From Microbotryum violaceum (lineage: Eukaryota), in NCBI GenBank assembly GCA_001244265.2, contig CDLV01000010.1:1426001-1490000 (forward strand): a stretch of 64,000 nt of DNA. Direction: 5' to 3'. Both the position numbers and the translations under genes were made by a program. Positions 60,332 to 64,000 of the stretch are shown here, one piece after another. The notes beneath the pieces are model-generated. The model was not told the origin of the DNA, did no database searches, and saw only the letters and a list, made by a program, of their open reading frames with translations. Each line of letters starts with the position of its first letter. Within the stretch, counting starts at the first letter, position 1.

Positions 60332-61102
60332 CGAGGTATCTCACAGCCTCGGGCGCATCAAGGACAATTCTCTCGACCAAGCAGATACCGTTTAGGCCAA
60401 CGACGAAAAGGCATCTAATCGTGGGTTGCAACGTGAGGGAGGAGGATTATCGGGGAGCTGTGAATGATCGAAGGCCCGGAGCAGCACTCGCCATCCAGCG
60501 AGAACATGGTCTCTGCTGCCCTGATGGCAAGTGAGACGAGTGATGAACCACGCCATGGTGCATGGTACAAGCCAAGGTCGCAGCACAAGAGCTCCACGCC
60601 GAGGCGCGTCGCCTCATCCGACTACTTGGAAGCTTGGAGAGGGTACATGCCCTGGACGTAGATGCATACCCGAGCTTGCAGAAATGGGATAGGCTACACT
60701 CGCGTAGGCTAAGAAGATGACGTCGAACGATGTACAGCAAGCCGAAGGGGGGAACGAGACGAGCTGCCGCGGTCGATCGGCGGGCGCGCCGAGTAGGTGG
60801 AAAGGCGAGTGCGGGGTGAATCACTCTCGAGTCGTCCCAGACGATCAAGTCGCACATCCGAAAAAGCGGGGCGAGCTGTCTTTGTTTCGGAACATCGATA
60901 ATAACAGATAGTAGATGACTGTACGGCCTATTGTGACTTACGAGAAGCCTCAAAGTGATCTTCTCTGTGCTAAATCCTCAAGTGGTGACATGATTCGAAT
61001 CAGATTACAACGCAAGAACAAAAGACGGGATTGAACGGAGCGCATGAACTTCCACCAAGATAGCATAAGATAGCAATATAAGAAAGTAGCCTTTTTGCCT
61101 CC

Positions 61103-63617
61103 TCAAATCGACCCCTCGCGACTCTGTTCGGCGCTCGAGCTCGACTCGTCCAATTTCCCCTTGGCGCTATCCGAATCAGGCGTCGTTGTGAGCTTCCCCG
61201 ACTCGATCAATACGGGTTTCTCATCAGTCTTGGTGTCGACCTTGTTGCTCGTCGTGCCGTCTCGCCCATGTAAAATTCCCTTGAAGATGGAAAGCAACGT
61301 ATGACGTCCCTCAACGAGAGGGAATAAAACGACTGCGAAAAAAGCAAAGAACCCCCACAAGAGTGCGACGACGACCCAACCGAAGAAGAACTTTTTGCTG
61401 AAGATGTAACCATTGCCGTACATTGAAAGGGGCCAGACGATGAAGAGAGCGAGGAAGAGGAAGAGCGTGATGCTGCGAGCCCAAAGCGCGGCTCGGCGAA
61501 GCTTCTCAGGGTTGTAGGAGGGGTCTTCGAAAGAGACGTCGATTTGGTCGCCGTTTTGGGTGAGAACTCGGACGGCGGCGAGGGAGGCCCAGTCGCTAAT
61601 GAGGAGAGAGAGAAGAGCACGTCAGCGCGGCTGTCCACTCCCATAGGAGTTGAGAGCGGGCCTTGAGGCTGGACTCACTAGTTTGCGGGGAACGCAAGTG
61701 AAAGTACAATGGTGACGAGCGCTGATGATCCGATACCAACAATGCAACCGTACATGCAAGGGTCCAATTTACCAACCGAACCGACCGTGACCTCGCCCGA
61801 GAACTTGTGCGCTAGTGACAACCAAGCGATGACACCAGCGGCGAAACCGACCCAGATCGAAGATCCGGCTGCGACTTTGCCCTGCCTTGAGGAGAAGAAG
61901 GTCAAGACTAGTGGGGGGAGAGCAGGCCCTGTGAAAATTCCGGTCATGTTGTAAATGAAGCCGAGATCAATCCCGGCGCCGTGGAGCATCGAGCCGAAGC
62001 CGGCCATCCAAAGTGAGAAACCGACGACGGCCCAGTGGGAAGCTTTGAGCAGGGCACGATCGTTGGCAGTGGGTCGGACGTAGGTTTTGAAGACGTCGTA
62101 GGAGATGACGGTCGAGACGCCGATCAGTTGAGCAGAGATGGCGGACGTGCACGACATGAACTGCGGATGGGGACCGAGCTGTTAGGAACGTGTCCGATAG
62201 TTCGGACAAGTGCTCAGGCGTGGATTGACCATCAGGAGCAAGACGGCAGCGGCTCCACCGGTACCCATAATGGTTTGAGCGGCACTGTGAAAAGAGGCCC
62301 GACTTTAATCAGCAACGAGATTGCAAGGATACGTGTCGTGGGTCAAACTCACTAGGGCAAGACAAGACCGGCACCAATTTCGCTAGCGTTCATGCGACGA
62401 GGGAAAGTCGGAAAGCTGGGCGTGTGCTCCAAGGCGACGGCGACCAAACCCGCGGTCGTTGCAAGGGTAAACGGCATGGCGTACCACGAAAGACCACCGA
62501 GGACGTAGCCCGGAATCGCGGCTTCAGGAGCTGCGGCGATGCCCTTCTGATGAAACGAGTTGTCGAGGAACACGACACCGGTATATTCGAGAATCGACAA
62601 GATGGCGAATTTGAGCGCACCCAGGGAGCGGACTGTGAGATAGGAGTGATCAAGCGTTGGCGCTTCGCGGTTGCGGTTTTGAGCCTCAATGAGAAGGTCG
62701 TACATGCGGTCCGGGGAGCCCACTTGACTGCTCGTCGTATAGGCGACAAACCAAAATATGAGCAGGATGATGAGGATGATCGAGGTATGGGCATAGTCGG
62801 TCAAGATTGTGGCGCGGAGGCCCCCGCGAAGAGTGTAGGCGGCGACGGAGAGCGGGAACAGCCATAGGGCGGCGTAGATTGACATTCCGGTGAGCGAGTT
62901 GACCGCAGCAGCACCTCCAAGGAGCACAGAGGAGACGACGAGCTACATGAGCATAGCAACAAAAGGGTTAGCGCATAGTCACGAGATTCGTCGTCGAGTA
63001 TTATAAGGTACCTACGGTGTTTGCGGCCAAAGAGAAGAACATGAAGGACAGGTGAACAAAGGTGCCGTACCGTACTCGCATGATTTCGAGAAAGGTGTGT
63101 GCGTTAGGAGCTTTTCGCTTCGTTTGGATGGCCAGGTTTGAGAACACCATGATTTGGGTCGAGTTGCCTGTGAGATGACGGACAATATCGGGAGGTCAGA
63201 GGCTGAAGCGTGACAATGTCGGAACAGCAGACTCACAAGCAGCATAGAAAAAGGCACCCGCGACACCATATTGATATGCGACAGTGCAACTCGAAAGCAA
63301 TGTGGTCGACCAAGTCCAACTCGAGATGACACCGGCGGCGGTCAAACCGGTGCCGATCGAGCGTTTGGCGACCGTGAATTCCTCGTTGTCATCGGTGTTA
63401 CCTCGACGGGACAGCAAGTCCGAGATGCCGACCATGCCGATGGCGAAGAGTGCACCAAGACCAACGACGAAGCCATAGCTGTGTGATAGATTGAGACAAA
63501 ACGTGCGCAGGGGTTGAAATGATCGGGATAGTTCGGTCAGCAGGAAGAATTGGTGCCCTCTAGCGCATGCCGAACTCACCCGGCGCCTTGAGAAAGAGGA
63601 GGCACGATCTCGCTCAT
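61103..63617 (-). CDS. DUR3: Urea/polyamine active transporter (sodium:solute symporter family)
   Basis: MSEIVPPLSQGAG|YGFVVGLGALFA...EEFTVAKRSIGTGLTAAGVISSWTWSTTLL...YQYGVAGAFFYAA; GGLRATILTDYAHT; GYVLGGLSWYAMPF; WPLSMYGNGYIFSKKFFFGWV. Confidence 0.96.
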
Positions 63618-64000
63618 GATAATTTTTTGGAGCCTATAGATCAGAGAGTACCAAGAGGGAGAAGTAAGTCGGTGGAGTTGCTGCTGACTGCTGTGTGGCT
63701 CCTGGTAGCAGGTGCCCACGATCGCACCACCGCGCGCAAGCGCCCAAGGCGCCGATCGAACTGGAAAATGAGCTCCTTGTTTCTGTCGACGATTGCGAAA
63801 ACGGGCGATCGCCTGCAGTGCGCGCCGCCGCTCGGCCGATCTGCCTCCTATCGAACGACTTTGAAAAGCGACGAAATATTTTGGTTGGAGTACCCGATAT
63901 CAAATCGAAGCTTTCATCTTCCTTTCCCACTGCTTAATACTACTGTTCGTACGTCTTCCCTATCTGGCATCCAAGGTTCCGTCTTCAAGCTCGTCATTCG

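Noticed and set aside
1-64000. tRNA, rRNA or snoRNA genes
   Set aside because: No convincing cloverleaf, rRNA segment or paired C/D boxes were seen by eye; tRNAscan-SE/Infernal would be needed to exclude them.

Overview
Intron-rich eukaryotic DNA from a basidiomycete fungus. Gene content, short GT-AG introns and a TpCpG->TpTpG mutation bias in repeats suggest Pucciniomycotina, probably Microbotryum or a relative (inference). A housekeeping core (~8.5-50.7 kb) holds a PEX23/30-like peroxin, SEN15, ATG3, a degenerate aspartic protease, GCN2, a GCN4/CPC1-like bZIP, a stand-alone LigD-type 3'-phosphoesterase, a DLT1-like gene, PCF11, RPL9, two glycan-modifying enzymes, an acyl-CoA dehydrogenase and PIG-U/GAB1. 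DUR3 lies at the right end. The core is bracketed by two transposon islands (1-7.7 kb and 50.9-60.9 kb). Both contain the same ~1.03 kb repeat, followed by a FunK1-family pseudokinase and then Helitron relics. The right island also has a FunK1 kinase with intact catalytic motifs, convergent to the pseudokinase. The most notable items are (i) Helitron/CACTA-associated FunK1 kinase and pseudokinase cargo and (ii) GCN2 lying directly upstream of its putative effector, a GCN4-like bZIP with a stop/start-overlapping uORF and a GCRE-like site. All family calls come from manual motif recognition; no searches were run, and exon boundaries are manual estimates.
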